The notes under the pieces are model-generated. The model had not been told where the DNA came from and did not search any database. It worked only from the letters and a program-made list of their open reading frames with translations. A stretch of 64,000 nucleotides of DNA from a virus. The stretch's first letter is position 1. Each line of letters begins with the position of its first letter. Shown here one piece after another: positions 50,701 through 60,008 of this stretch. The stretch covers positions 1-64,000 of the IMG/VR virus record IMGVR_UViG_3300037190_000626; one strand, 5' to 3'. Made by a program: the position numbers and the translations under genes.

Positions 50701-51226
50701 ACGCGCAGTTCGCGATGAGATCCCGGGGTCTCCCGGGGGTGCTTGTTATGAGGGCTGGCTATGTAATTGTTTTGGGCGTCACCGCCGCTTTCCTGAGGTC
50801 AATAGAAACGACCGAGGGGTTCGCGGGGAATTTGGACGTCAGGCAATGAATTTTCCTATTCAGTCGATGATCGCAAGTGTAGTGAGCCGGGCAATGGGTC
50901 ATCTATACCAAGCTAGAGAGGATACAGGAGACCCCGATTTGTTCCGTATTTTCTTGCAGATTCATGACGCCATTCTTCTGGAGGTTCCTTATGCGAACGT
51001 GAAGTATGTGTGCGAGGAAGTTCTACCGTTCGCAATGCGTGATTGTGTTCCTATATACCCATCTGACTTGGAGGGCAATTCTTTCTCTGATGATCCGTAT
51101 TACCTAGGAATTGAAGCCGAGGTAATGGAGCATTGGGGCGAGCCAATCACCGAGGAACGGGCTGTAGACTTGGGACTCCCTACGGGAGTGCACGTTGGTA
51201 GCGGGAATGTGGTTAATTACACCTAA
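47771..51226 (+). CDS. family A DNA polymerase with N-terminal uracil-DNA glycosylase (family 4)-like domain and 3'-5' exonuclease
   Basis: UDG-like MIIGKMP..EE....GESG, YVTNVLKF, HPA; exonuclease VDAEW, FNAD, YGIYDAD; polymerase TGRWASARPNLQNI, ADY..AEL, KSVIFGIAYG, NFPIQS, QIHDA. Confidence 0.92.
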   Translation: MARLRRKISMDASGPPQLGTARTLSKAADADRKFDRQRKDVEGVGMYPLNAPGMPLPPPIGGFVKMAEYMGDKETVISQKTRKGVKITEFDPSDMLKELYAEALRNPNFQCKVSVGPHREKLAQFVPGHIWGQHIIDEGKGVDGPHPAKVMIIGKMPWKEEVSNQRNMTGESGQLLTDILSELRVRGWGKWYVTNVLKFMPPDLSTRIKSLWLKDCLPLLHQELRIVKPDFILCLGTDASKSLLGPKHTVSYMDGRVEEITFPTAFDSSDPEGLREHTAKVMGVVHPAQVMRDPSSRRQLEKGLSRFSMLVRGRDLSEGEDDIDHRTIDHSDALLSLLLEIEDNEEFSKTNVVAVDAEWHGDHPVNAGSYMRTIQFAWLPKCAAGIKLTGPGGAEVFRDSDGNVNVDDAISLLNAFFRGGTYGEHKFRAKRVVGHFFNADLEWLVHYGLDLRKSFSTPLYDLKIEDETSPYLKLGFSVGDVVPAWYRSKYEGGADTGLMVHAIEETAQYKLESLAIRYTMAPRYDAALGEWKTQHCKEKGFSSKGLEGYGECPDDVLLPYGIYDADVTLRLFYQFDVLLDEDYDGNCCREAFWESQVATPAVLEIHQTGVLLNMERVTTLTQAFLGARDEKIEKLRELMKWPEFNPRSLQHVREFLFGVPLSGKRDADGNPVRLGPSDALRLNLEPLFDTSKPPKAWVDIKAIGKEDEHNPSTGKQALSIIAQEAGDLFLLGPDFPSAGDYVNLLRDHRFLDQVLKTVLRPPEMDEDGNFVRDENGDLDYREGLAGHTCDDGRVRTHIYQTLETGRWASARPNLQNISKSRDNDYKRLLGDGYKHKLRSMFTASTGTVFVEADYVGAELFGMAIMSGDTRMIDHAKRNQLGESDPDFYDIHSNVAKFAFGLDCAPTKSGLVAINASHLRIVAKSVIFGIAYGRGAKAIAVAAKEQGIDISVGDAQRIIDAIFSMYPGLKPFFAECQARAVRDEIPGSPGGACYEGWLCNCFGRHRRFPEVNRNDRGVRGEFGRQAMNFPIQSMIASVVSRAMGHLYQAREDTGDPDLFRIFLQIHDAILLEVPYANVKYVCEEVLPFAMRDCVPIYPSDLEGNSFSDDPYYLGIEAEVMEHWGEPITEERAVDLGLPTGVHVGSGNVVNYT

Positions 51227-51234
51227 CAGGGAGG

Positions 51235-51924
51235 TTGAAACTTGTTGTGTTTGTTGTAATCGAAGGTATAGATGGTGCCGGTAAAGGTACACACACGAGG
51301 CGACTGGAAGAGGAATTGACGGGGGCAGGTTTAGACGCCTGTTCCTTCAGTTTCCCCGGATACGAGTTTACTAAGTTTGGAAAACTTGTAGGGGAGTATC
51401 TGGACGGTAAGTATGGAGAGGCGTTAGAGAAGTTTCCTGAGCTGATCGCCACTTTGTTTGCGGTCGATCGTTTTGAGAGGAAAGAGGACTTGGAAGCTAA
51501 TATCAAGTCACGAGACATCGTTCTTTGTGACAGGTATTGTTCCAGCAATGTGGGGTATGGATGCGCCAAGATTGCGAAAGAGGAGAGGGATTCATTTGCA
51601 AAATTCCTCACGTGGTTGGATTACGACTTGTTTGGGATGCCTATTCCAGACGTGGTAATCTATTTGGATATTCCCGTAAAATTTTCTGCTCAGCTCGTAG
51701 CAAAGAAGCAAGCACGCAGCTATACTGACAAAGCTGAAGATTTGCATGAGGCAGATCACGAATTCCTCGGAAGAGTTGCTAGTAATTATCGCTCACTGGT
51801 CCAAGACCAAACACGTTACCGTAATTGGGTAACGATTAACTTAGAGCGAAACGGGCACCTCCGAAAAGAAGACGACGTCTTCGAGGACATCTTGACTACC
51901 GTGCGAAACTTTTTGCATGAGTAA
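51235..51924 (+). CDS. tmk: thymidylate kinase
   Basis: IEGIDGAGKGT, SFPGY, LFAVDR, CDRY..SN..Y, PDVVIYLD. Confidence 0.9.
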   Translation: MKLVVFVVIEGIDGAGKGTHTRRLEEELTGAGLDACSFSFPGYEFTKFGKLVGEYLDGKYGEALEKFPELIATLFAVDRFERKEDLEANIKSRDIVLCDRYCSSNVGYGCAKIAKEERDSFAKFLTWLDYDLFGMPIPDVVIYLDIPVKFSAQLVAKKQARSYTDKAEDLHEADHEFLGRVASNYRSLVQDQTRYRNWVTINLERNGHLRKEDDVFEDILTTVRNFLHE

Positions 51925-51958
51925 AATGAGTAAAAAATGAGAAAAAAAGGAGAAAGAA

Positions 51959-53650
51959 ATGGCGAAGAAATTATCTCGCAACATCAAGCCTCGCGAAAAG
52001 GCTACGGCAGCCGAGCGTCAGCTCAGGCAGCCTCAGGAAGACGGACCTTCCACATTTATCCCAAGTGGTGATTACACGATTAATCCTACGCTGTCGGGAG
52101 TGCGTTTGGAACGCTTTTCGTCTATCTGGAGCAAGGAAGGTTCGAGTGCTTCGTTTCGAGTCTGGAATCATCTAGACGAGAAAGACCCAGAGAATAATCT
52201 ATACCGAGGCCGTCTTGGTCCCCGCATGGATGAACTTGGTGGGATGAGTATGTTCGGGCCCGTCGTAGTGGCCCCGTTTGTAGGTCTTGGACCTAAGGAT
52301 GTTCCTAATGGACAGGGACAGAAGTCTACATTTATTGTCACAAAAGATGCACCTCGTGTGCGGTCTTTGAAGTGGAAGAAAAATGTGACAGACGTCCTTA
52401 AGGAAAATGTACCGTTTTGGGAGCTTCCTTACCCGTCGTTCTACGATGCGTGTAAGAACGCTTTTAAGGCAGGTAAATTTGCTTCCGGCGGTCCACGCTG
52501 GGATTCTGAGTGGAATTCCCTAATGGACAACTCCGACGGTAAAGCCCCCATCGTGGATATGAAAACACGATATTTTGTAGTAGGGCATTTCTATGAGCTT
52601 GGTCCCGATTTCAATACCCAACACCAGACGATTAGACGGTGGGACGGTCAGAAAGAAACGACCAGTATTCTAGATCGAAAGGGCGTTCCTTACGGGCTCG
52701 GTGACAATGATCCTTTGGTTGTTGCATGGATGTCCGGTAATGCCGGTGAAAAAGTCTTGGATTTGTGTAAGACTTTGAAAGATGAGTGGAGTGGTGATGA
52801 GGAGGCTAACCCTGCGCTTCCCTACAAGTACGGTGATCCTTGTGGTACTTACAATAAGGAAACCGGCGGTGTGGACGGCGGGTTGATTTTCACCATGTTT
52901 AATCCGGAAATGTATCAACCGGAGAACCACGACCATTCTACTTGGGATGGGCGGATTCCTTCTCCCTCTGACTTCTCCAGCTACCAAGTTTCAGTTAGTC
53001 GTTCTTACACGGCAGCAGATGGAACGAAGTTCACCGGAGATATGGCACCTGAAGCAGCCCAGAAGATTTTCGATAAGAATCTTTATCCGTGGGCACAAGA
53101 GGGTGACGAGTCGGACAGCACACTTCTTCACGAGGCTACGGTCGAGGAAGAAGCGGTTCTGGTTGCCAAGGGTTTCGCGGATGTTCCTAAGCTTGTCGAG
53201 TTCGCTTGGACGAGTCACCCGGAATATCTGGAGTTTGACGAGGTGCAATCTGTTCTTCGCAAGCGTACGTCCGTCAGTATGCCGGAATCTGCGTTTGAAG
53301 ATGACGGTCCCGGAACTGGAATGTTTGAAACGCTTGAGGAAGTTCCCGTTCCCAGTGCCCCTGCCGAGACGCCTACCGCAGTCGACGAGTTCGACGAAGA
53401 GACTGGTGGTGAACTAGAGGCTGAAGCACCGTCCGCAGCGGACGATACTGAGTTTGACGAGTTTGCACAGTCGTTTGTGTCCGACGGTTCATTTGAAGAA
53501 GACGAGGGTGCTTCCGCTGAGTTTGACCCAGAAAAGGAAGCCGACGAGCTTTCCGAATCCATGGGGGAAAGTTTGTCCAAGGCTAGTAAAGCGTTAGCCA
53601 AATCAGCTAAGCGATCTAGTCCGAAACGCAAGCTAAACCCGCGCAGTTAG
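51959..53650 (+). CDS. probable ssDNA-binding protein with long acidic tail
   Basis: Position between polymerase/tmk and recA, strong AAGGAG SD, D/E-rich C-terminus, own terminator. Confidence 0.45.
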   Translation: MAKKLSRNIKPREKATAAERQLRQPQEDGPSTFIPSGDYTINPTLSGVRLERFSSIWSKEGSSASFRVWNHLDEKDPENNLYRGRLGPRMDELGGMSMFGPVVVAPFVGLGPKDVPNGQGQKSTFIVTKDAPRVRSLKWKKNVTDVLKENVPFWELPYPSFYDACKNAFKAGKFASGGPRWDSEWNSLMDNSDGKAPIVDMKTRYFVVGHFYELGPDFNTQHQTIRRWDGQKETTSILDRKGVPYGLGDNDPLVVAWMSGNAGEKVLDLCKTLKDEWSGDEEANPALPYKYGDPCGTYNKETGGVDGGLIFTMFNPEMYQPENHDHSTWDGRIPSPSDFSSYQVSVSRSYTAADGTKFTGDMAPEAAQKIFDKNLYPWAQEGDESDSTLLHEATVEEEAVLVAKGFADVPKLVEFAWTSHPEYLEFDEVQSVLRKRTSVSMPESAFEDDGPGTGMFETLEEVPVPSAPAETPTAVDEFDEETGGELEAEAPSAADDTEFDEFAQSFVSDGSFEEDEGASAEFDPEKEADELSESMGESLSKASKALAKSAKRSSPKRKLNPRS

Positions 53651-53669
53651 TAATAGTTCCTTTCAGTAG

Positions 53670-53707
53670 AGCAGGGAGGCTCCGTAGGCGGAGTCTCCCT
53701 GCTTTTT
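53670..53707 (+). terminator. intrinsic terminator
   Basis: AGCAGGGAGGCTCCG-tagg-CGGAGTCTCCCTGCT plus TTTT. Confidence 0.85.
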
Positions 53708-53731
53708 GTTAGGGGATAGGAGTGATTAGTT

Positions 53732-55180
53732 ATGGGTAAGAAGAAGAAAAAAGAAGATAACTCTTTTGAAGCGCAGTTGGAGGGGTTATTGCCTGCTTCC
53801 GAGGAGAAGGAGGAGGCACCGGAAGTTACTGCGAAAGAAACTACTAATATCCCTCCAGCGCAGTCCGAGCATAGTTACGCCGGTAAAGGTCCTGTGATCT
53901 CTAAGAAGAGGAAAGAGGACCTTCGTGCGAAGTGGAACGTTGTTAATCGTACCGACCAGCTGGATGCGATGATGGACGGGATGATGGAGACCGCCAAGAA
54001 TAAATTCAACGCCGAGTCGGTGTACGGCAGTAGTGAGGATTTCTCCGCTGTTGTGGTGGGTATCCCTCTTCCTAGTCTTTCTTTGGAGTATGTCACGGGA
54101 AATACTGTTTGGCCGTTGTCTTCGGTAGCTCAGATTGCAGGACGGTGGGGGACGTGTAAGTCTTCTCTGGCGTACGACATCTTTCGTTGGTTTTACGAGT
54201 ATGGGGGCCGCAGCATCTGCTTAGACACGGAATCTAAGTTTAATCCTGAACTGTGTCGCAGCATTATGCGATCAGGTGATGACAGTCGTGCGTTCCATTA
54301 CAACCGGTGTAAGTCGGTCGAGGACTGGCAAGACCGCATGACTTTTTATGTGCGGGAATGGAAGAAGACGCTGCTCGGCACGAAGGAGAAGCCGGGACCC
54401 GGAAAAGTTGTTCCCGTGGTGTTTTCTCTCGATAGTCTGGCAGGAGCCAGTAGCGACGAGGTGCAGGAGAAGATCCTCAAAGAGGGGCATGCGAGTCGTA
54501 TGCATCCCGTAAATGCCTTGAAGAATAGCATTTACTTATCCGGAATTCGCGGCGAGTTTGATTACTGGCCTTTCAGTCTCCTGATTGTTAATCACCTGAA
54601 GGAACGGACGGACGACACTGGTCGACAGTCTGATTATACTCCCGGCGGCGAGCGATTTAACTTTATCGAGACTTACGAGCTTAGAACCAGTGTTTGGTCT
54701 AAGAGAATCGCCAATACGAAGTTTGAGGGTGTGGGTATTCGTATCACGTGCTCTAAGAATTCATTGGCCCCTACCAATCGCAGAATACGCACCAGATTGT
54801 TGTGGTGGACAGAGTTCAGCGATGCGGGCGAGAAGACGGGTGATTTCAGGGTGTGGGATTGGAATTGGAGTACTGTTGCCATGCTTTATGACTTGCAGAC
54901 AAACGGGCGAGGCCCTGAGGGTGCAAGGCTGAAGAAGCTTGGCTGGAAAATGGATTTCAAATCTCCAGCCGCAGACATTGAATGTTTGGCCAGTTCTCCT
55001 CTGCTGGGCATGAAGAAGGGGGAATTCCTCCCGTGGCCGGAAGTGGGAGAGATGATTCACAATAATCCCGAGGTGATGCAGCTTCTGCGCACAGCACTGG
55101 GAATTGAAGATAGACGTAATATGTCACTTGGAGAAGATTATGAAGAGCAAGTAAGAACTGAGAAGAGTAAATTACGATGA
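53732..55180 (+). CDS. RecA/UvsX-like recombinase
   Basis: QIAGRWGTCKSS (variant Walker A), LDTES, LDSLAG, IVNHLK, TPGGE, KNSLAP. Confidence 0.8.
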   Translation: MGKKKKKEDNSFEAQLEGLLPASEEKEEAPEVTAKETTNIPPAQSEHSYAGKGPVISKKRKEDLRAKWNVVNRTDQLDAMMDGMMETAKNKFNAESVYGSSEDFSAVVVGIPLPSLSLEYVTGNTVWPLSSVAQIAGRWGTCKSSLAYDIFRWFYEYGGRSICLDTESKFNPELCRSIMRSGDDSRAFHYNRCKSVEDWQDRMTFYVREWKKTLLGTKEKPGPGKVVPVVFSLDSLAGASSDEVQEKILKEGHASRMHPVNALKNSIYLSGIRGEFDYWPFSLLIVNHLKERTDDTGRQSDYTPGGERFNFIETYELRTSVWSKRIANTKFEGVGIRITCSKNSLAPTNRRIRTRLLWWTEFSDAGEKTGDFRVWDWNWSTVAMLYDLQTNGRGPEGARLKKLGWKMDFKSPAADIECLASSPLLGMKKGEFLPWPEVGEMIHNNPEVMQLLRTALGIEDRRNMSLGEDYEEQVRTEKSKLR

Positions 55181-55758
55181 ATAATGAGCAACACCCGCTC
55201 TCGCCCCTTTCTATCCCGGATTACGATGATTCGGCAGTTAAGGTTGAGAAGTGGGAATCCGCCCGTGTGGAGTACACGATCAGGAGATTAAAGCTTGGGA
55301 ATCATGTTCTCAAGGAGTTGCGATCACGCGTAGCCGGAGGGAGACTGTCATTCGATGATTTCAATAACAGATTTCCCACGTTTCCTATGCTTTTGAGCGC
55401 TAGCTCACTGCCCGACGAACAACCACTGCACAGGCACCCGAAGGGTATTCACCCTATGTGGTTTAAGTCGTTTACCGGGCTTCCGTTCATCCGTTTCTAC
55501 GAGGAGGAGTTAGCAAGATACAAAGACGATATTTTTGGAGACGAGCCGAGGATACTAGGGATGGTTTTCCCGCGAAAAGGATTCGCACACGGTTTGATCG
55601 TTCACAACGGAGAGTGGCAAGCGTACCTGCCTAAAAATTCAGGTTGCCATTTGTATCAAGGAGGGAAAGTTAAAGCCATGACGTTGGTAGTTCAACCTTT
55701 TACCGCGTTATTGGATCACATTCGGGAAGGGCTCCATTGGGAGCCTGCTAACCCGTAA
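55177..55758 (+). CDS. hypothetical protein
   Basis: ATGA overlap with the recA-like gene. Confidence 0.55.
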   Translation: MNNEQHPLSPLSIPDYDDSAVKVEKWESARVEYTIRRLKLGNHVLKELRSRVAGGRLSFDDFNNRFPTFPMLLSASSLPDEQPLHRHPKGIHPMWFKSFTGLPFIRFYEEELARYKDDIFGDEPRILGMVFPRKGFAHGLIVHNGEWQAYLPKNSGCHLYQGGKVKAMTLVVQPFTALLDHIREGLHWEPANP

Positions 55759-55781
55759 ATTCTGGAATTTAGGAGTGTTTA

Positions 55782-56825
55782 TTGATGACTACTTTAATAT
55801 TGGCAACCACCGACAAAGCCCGCGAGAATATTCTTGAGAGCATGGAAGAGAAGACTCGCCACTTGGCAGTTGAAGGTGGTAGTAAACTGAAAAACCTGCA
55901 TACCGCAGGCATTTTGCTGTATTACGAATTGGGCGAAATGATTAACGATCTCTCTACGGATGAGACGATTGATGGCGATGGTGAGATTACTAAGCTCGCG
56001 CAGTACTGGGGTATTGATAATACCAATAAGCTGTACGAGTGGCGTAATACTGCCATGACTTTTGATAAAGCATTTCTGGCTGCGCAGGCACGTGTGCCGT
56101 TGCCCAACGGTCGGGAAATTACTTTCGAGCATTTTAAAGCGCTCCGCAGGGTTGAGGACCCCAGTACCCGCGAGAAGCTTCTGAAGCAAGTCCGCAAAGA
56201 CAGTTGGTCTGCATCCGATCTGGCCTCGGAAATTCGGGCTACTGGAAGTGTTAAGACGAAGCGACAGGGTGGGCGGAATCCGTCGATTCCTACCACGGCA
56301 GCGTCTATGGTGCAGAAGTGTTTCACACAGGCTCAGCAACTTCAGCGTTATTTGGTTGCTGTGTCGCCTGAGGTGGATCAGAAGTTCGAGGAAATTCCCG
56401 CTGACGAAGCTACGGAGAAGTTGCTCGAAACCATTGACAGCACGTCTGCCGTGTTAGATACCGTGAAGGAATACATTGCTGATTTCCACGAGTCACTCGA
56501 TACGGCCAGAGAGCGTGTGGTTACGATTATGGATAATACGGAAAATCAAGCAGCAACTGCTGTGGAAACTACATCGTCGACTAACATGTACGAAGATGCG
56601 GAGGCGATTTATTCAACTGCTGTACGTGCTGAACGTGAAGCGATGGATAGTCCTTCGCCTAGCGTCGAGGAATTGCGAGCGAGGACTGTTAAGACTGTAG
56701 TTAAGAAGAAGCGTGGTCGTCCCAAGGGGAGCACTAATAATGCTTCCGAAGGCGGGGCCACCTTAGTTAAGAAGAAGCGTGGTCGTCCTCGCGGAAGTAA
56801 AAACAAAAATACTTCTACTGACTGA
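55782..56825 (+). CDS. DNA-binding protein with two C-terminal AT-hooks
   Basis: KKKRGRPKGS and KKKRGRPRGS; DNA repeat TAGTTAAGAAGAAGCGTGGTCGTCC twice. Confidence 0.65.
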   Translation: MMTTLILATTDKARENILESMEEKTRHLAVEGGSKLKNLHTAGILLYYELGEMINDLSTDETIDGDGEITKLAQYWGIDNTNKLYEWRNTAMTFDKAFLAAQARVPLPNGREITFEHFKALRRVEDPSTREKLLKQVRKDSWSASDLASEIRATGSVKTKRQGGRNPSIPTTAASMVQKCFTQAQQLQRYLVAVSPEVDQKFEEIPADEATEKLLETIDSTSAVLDTVKEYIADFHESLDTARERVVTIMDNTENQAATAVETTSSTNMYEDAEAIYSTAVRAEREAMDSPSPSVEELRARTVKTVVKKKRGRPKGSTNNASEGGATLVKKKRGRPRGSKNKNTSTD

Positions 56826-56983
56826 GGGTGACAAGGATTGATGGAGTTTATGTATCGACGGGGATGGGGTTACCTTAGCGGTTGTCGTCGACCCGTTTTA
56901 TGGGTGTGTGGATACCGGGCTAAAACGTTCGTTACCGCCCCCCATTCCCCGCCGGTACTTTTCTTCACGGATGGAGAGTAACC

Positions 56984-57820
56984 ATGTGGTCAATTTGTAC
57001 AGTAACGTACGGTGATTATCCCGAGCTTATCGGCAAGACGTTGGATTCTATCCACGATCAGTATAATGCCCGAGTGCAGGATATACGTATCGGGCTTAAC
57101 GCTGTTTCCGAGGCTTCCTTTGACCGGGTTATGCGTTGGTGTGAGGGTTTCCGACTGTGTCCTGTTTATGTCTATCAGGAGGTGGACAATAGGAATGTCG
57201 GTAAATATCCTCTGATGCGTCGTATGTTTTATGAACGTCCTTCTCCGCTTAAGGAGGCAGAGGGGATCATGTGGTTTGACGACGACAGTTATCTGGATGA
57301 CAGCGTTACGGATGCGTGGTGGGATAAAGTAGAAAATGTTAGTCGCACCTCTACGGTAGTTGGGTTACGGCATTTCATCGGTACCCGTGGTAACCAGTGG
57401 CAAGGCATTATGGAGCAGCCGTGGTATCGAGGGCAGAAGATACAGAAACGCCATCGCTTCACGTTCATTACGGGGGGTTGGTGGCTGGCCAAGGCGGAAT
57501 TTCTTGAAGAGTGGGATTACCCTTTTCCTGAAATTTACCACAATGGGGGCGACTCCATATTGGGCGAGTTATGCAGACAACAGCGTGCGTCTATTTTAGA
57601 TTTTAAGGAAGGCGCACAGTGCCACGCCGATTGTTGCTATAAGAAAGTGGATAGTCGCGGGGTTGTTCATGTTAACGTTGGAGGACGAAAAGGAAGACGT
57701 GGCATAGGTAAGAAGGTCGCTGACGAGGTGTACCCTTGGCAATTTCACGGAGAACGGCCTGAGACTTATGACCACCATCAATTCGACATAAGGATATACA
57801 AATACGATGGAGTTCATTAA
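56984..57820 (+). CDS. GT-A fold (family 2-like) glycosyltransferase
   Basis: SICTVTY, WFDDDS DxD motif, TGGWW, GGDSILG. Confidence 0.65.
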   Translation: MWSICTVTYGDYPELIGKTLDSIHDQYNARVQDIRIGLNAVSEASFDRVMRWCEGFRLCPVYVYQEVDNRNVGKYPLMRRMFYERPSPLKEAEGIMWFDDDSYLDDSVTDAWWDKVENVSRTSTVVGLRHFIGTRGNQWQGIMEQPWYRGQKIQKRHRFTFITGGWWLAKAEFLEEWDYPFPEIYHNGGDSILGELCRQQRASILDFKEGAQCHADCCYKKVDSRGVVHVNVGGRKGRRGIGKKVADEVYPWQFHGERPETYDHHQFDIRIYKYDGVH

Positions 57821-58562
57821 CAAATTTATATCGGTAGAGCAGCATGTACGTTCGGGAATACGTCCAGTTTATCTTATGGACTATGACCCTAAGTATGTGT
57901 ACCGCACTTTGACATCTTCGCTGGGGTCGTCTGACGAGCCTGAGTGGGCTATTACCGAGGACAGCGAGAAAGTTCGTATTCCGGTGTTTGCCTATAGGAC
58001 GGGTAAAGAACCTGAGTCCGGTCTTTTTGGTTACGGCATGCAGATGGGCATGCAGGCACTTCATATCAACGAGCACCCGTACGATTGCGTGGTATTAGTG
58101 TTGGGAGTAGAGCGCCACGACCTGTCGGACGAAGAGGATGAGGATATAACGGATGCGTATAGAGTTTATGTGGGCATTTCATTTGCGAGGGAGAAATAAT
58201 TGTGGACGAAATTACTAAACGTGTAGCAAGAATTGAAGATGAAGTTTTGATGCTTAAAAGGAATCTAGCATCGTGGATGACATTTGCTGATGAGAGCAGG
58301 GTTCTTCCTATTGTGTCGTACCGTAGTTCTTATAACGGCAAAGACACACTGGAAACAGTGTCTGATCTTTCTCAGCTAGTTCCGGAGGCGCAAGAAGTTA
58401 TATCTGATGCCTTGGAGGAGTGGCACGGTGCTGCGGTCATTAAATGCTTGGGTGAGCTGGGAAAAACCATTAAGCAATTGGAGCGGGAACTTTTAGGTAG
58501 CCCCGCTATAGCGGCAGCAGTGACAGGCCCCCTAGGAGCTGCTGCTTTAGTCGAGGAGTCCG

Positions 58563-59471
58563 ATGATGAGTTTAGTAGCTAGTGAGCGATATGTGGTTGG
58601 TCAAATTTTGCAGCGGCGGGATCGTTTGTTTTCACAGTTGAAAGGTTTTGCGGATAAGCGTATTACGGACGACGTTCTTCTGGAGCTCGTGGCTGGTGTG
58701 TGTCGGGGGATGCCTGTTTCGGTTCGCAAGCACTTTGTTTCCCAGTCGCTTTTTGAGTTGATAGGGGAAGTCCCTAACCGAGAGACTTTGTTTAACACGT
58801 TTTGGCGGTTGTCAGGTAACTTACCGAAGTTGATGTCGGGAGCCCCTAGTCACCCTTGGAACGGGCAGAAAGGTTCTGAACTTGTTCCGGCCCAGATATT
58901 GGAGGTTAACCTTGTTCGCCGTTTTGGTGAGCTTGCCTACAGTATTTTATTTCAGTTTCTTGCAGGTTCTGCGTGCCCCCTTAGATCGCATCAGTATTGG
59001 TCTCCTAAGAAGGTGTCCTTTTTGGCTTCCCGGAAAGACGACAGCGGCTACGGGTTCATGTTTTCTAGGCGTACTGGGAGTCGCTCGAAACGCGTGTCAA
59101 AGTATCCGTATTCTGACGCCAGACAGCTTGTTGGAATGCGTTGTCTGGCGCTTCTAGACCCTGAAAAATCAGAAGACGGTCCTGATTTTCAGGAGATTAG
59201 ATTTTCGTCTAGTGTTTCTCTCCATAACCGGGAACTCCTTAAGAAACGTGCGAGGTTAGACGAAGGGTATTCGTGTCCGGAGAGCTTTCCTCCCACACAA
59301 ACGTGTCACACATGCTACATTGGACAGGATAAGTGTAGTGCCGCATGTCATCGCAAAACTTACGACATTGATTTTTGTGATAAATGTGACCAGCAAGCTT
59401 ATTTTGATACAGAAGATTTAAGTAGTTACTGTGTTAACTGCGCGGCAGAAGTTAGAAAAAAGAAGAAATGA
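58563..59471 (+). CDS. hypothetical protein with Cys-rich C-terminus
   Basis: CHTC...C...C...CDKC...CVNC. Confidence 0.55.
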   Translation: MMSLVASERYVVGQILQRRDRLFSQLKGFADKRITDDVLLELVAGVCRGMPVSVRKHFVSQSLFELIGEVPNRETLFNTFWRLSGNLPKLMSGAPSHPWNGQKGSELVPAQILEVNLVRRFGELAYSILFQFLAGSACPLRSHQYWSPKKVSFLASRKDDSGYGFMFSRRTGSRSKRVSKYPYSDARQLVGMRCLALLDPEKSEDGPDFQEIRFSSSVSLHNRELLKKRARLDEGYSCPESFPPTQTCHTCYIGQDKCSAACHRKTYDIDFCDKCDQQAYFDTEDLSSYCVNCAAEVRKKKK

Positions 59472-59480
59472 GAGGTCAAT

Positions 59481-60008
59481 ATGAGTGGTGCATCACTACA
59501 GGCGAGGATGACGGAGAACGATCCTCGCCTGTATAACGTTAATCGCGATTTAGCGCACAACTACAAGCAAATTTTAGAGATGGTTGCTGCTAGGCTGGAA
59601 GATGGCACGTGGCCGGAGCTAGACTCGCTGCTTAAAGAAAATGATGTCACGATGGATGACTTGGGGGAGGCATGTGCGGCCTTCTGCCGGTATGTGGCAT
59701 CAGCGACGACGGAGAAGAAAGCGACTATGCTTGAAGGTCTTGATAGTTCAGGATGGTTTGAGTGTAAACCGTTTGCGCAAGCTGCTTACTTAGCTGTAAT
59801 GGGAACTGTTGTTGCTGGGATAGCCCATCGCGGGATACGCGAGGCTACGCTGGGTGAGGACGGCCCCGCGTTGCGGGTAGGAGAGCTTCTGGAGTCGGGT
59901 GACCGGTGCCTTAAGGCGTTACGCGTTCCGCGATGGAGGCGGAGGGTAAACGGTATTACCTCACGATTTAAGGGGGCTTTTTCTGCTCTTTTCGGAGGTA
60001 CGCCTTAA
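59481..60008 (+). CDS. hypothetical protein
   Basis: GAGG SD; TAATG overlap with the next gene. Confidence 0.55.
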   Translation: MSGASLQARMTENDPRLYNVNRDLAHNYKQILEMVAARLEDGTWPELDSLLKENDVTMDDLGEACAAFCRYVASATTEKKATMLEGLDSSGWFECKPFAQAAYLAVMGTVVAGIAHRGIREATLGEDGPALRVGELLESGDRCLKALRVPRWRRRVNGITSRFKGAFSALFGGTP

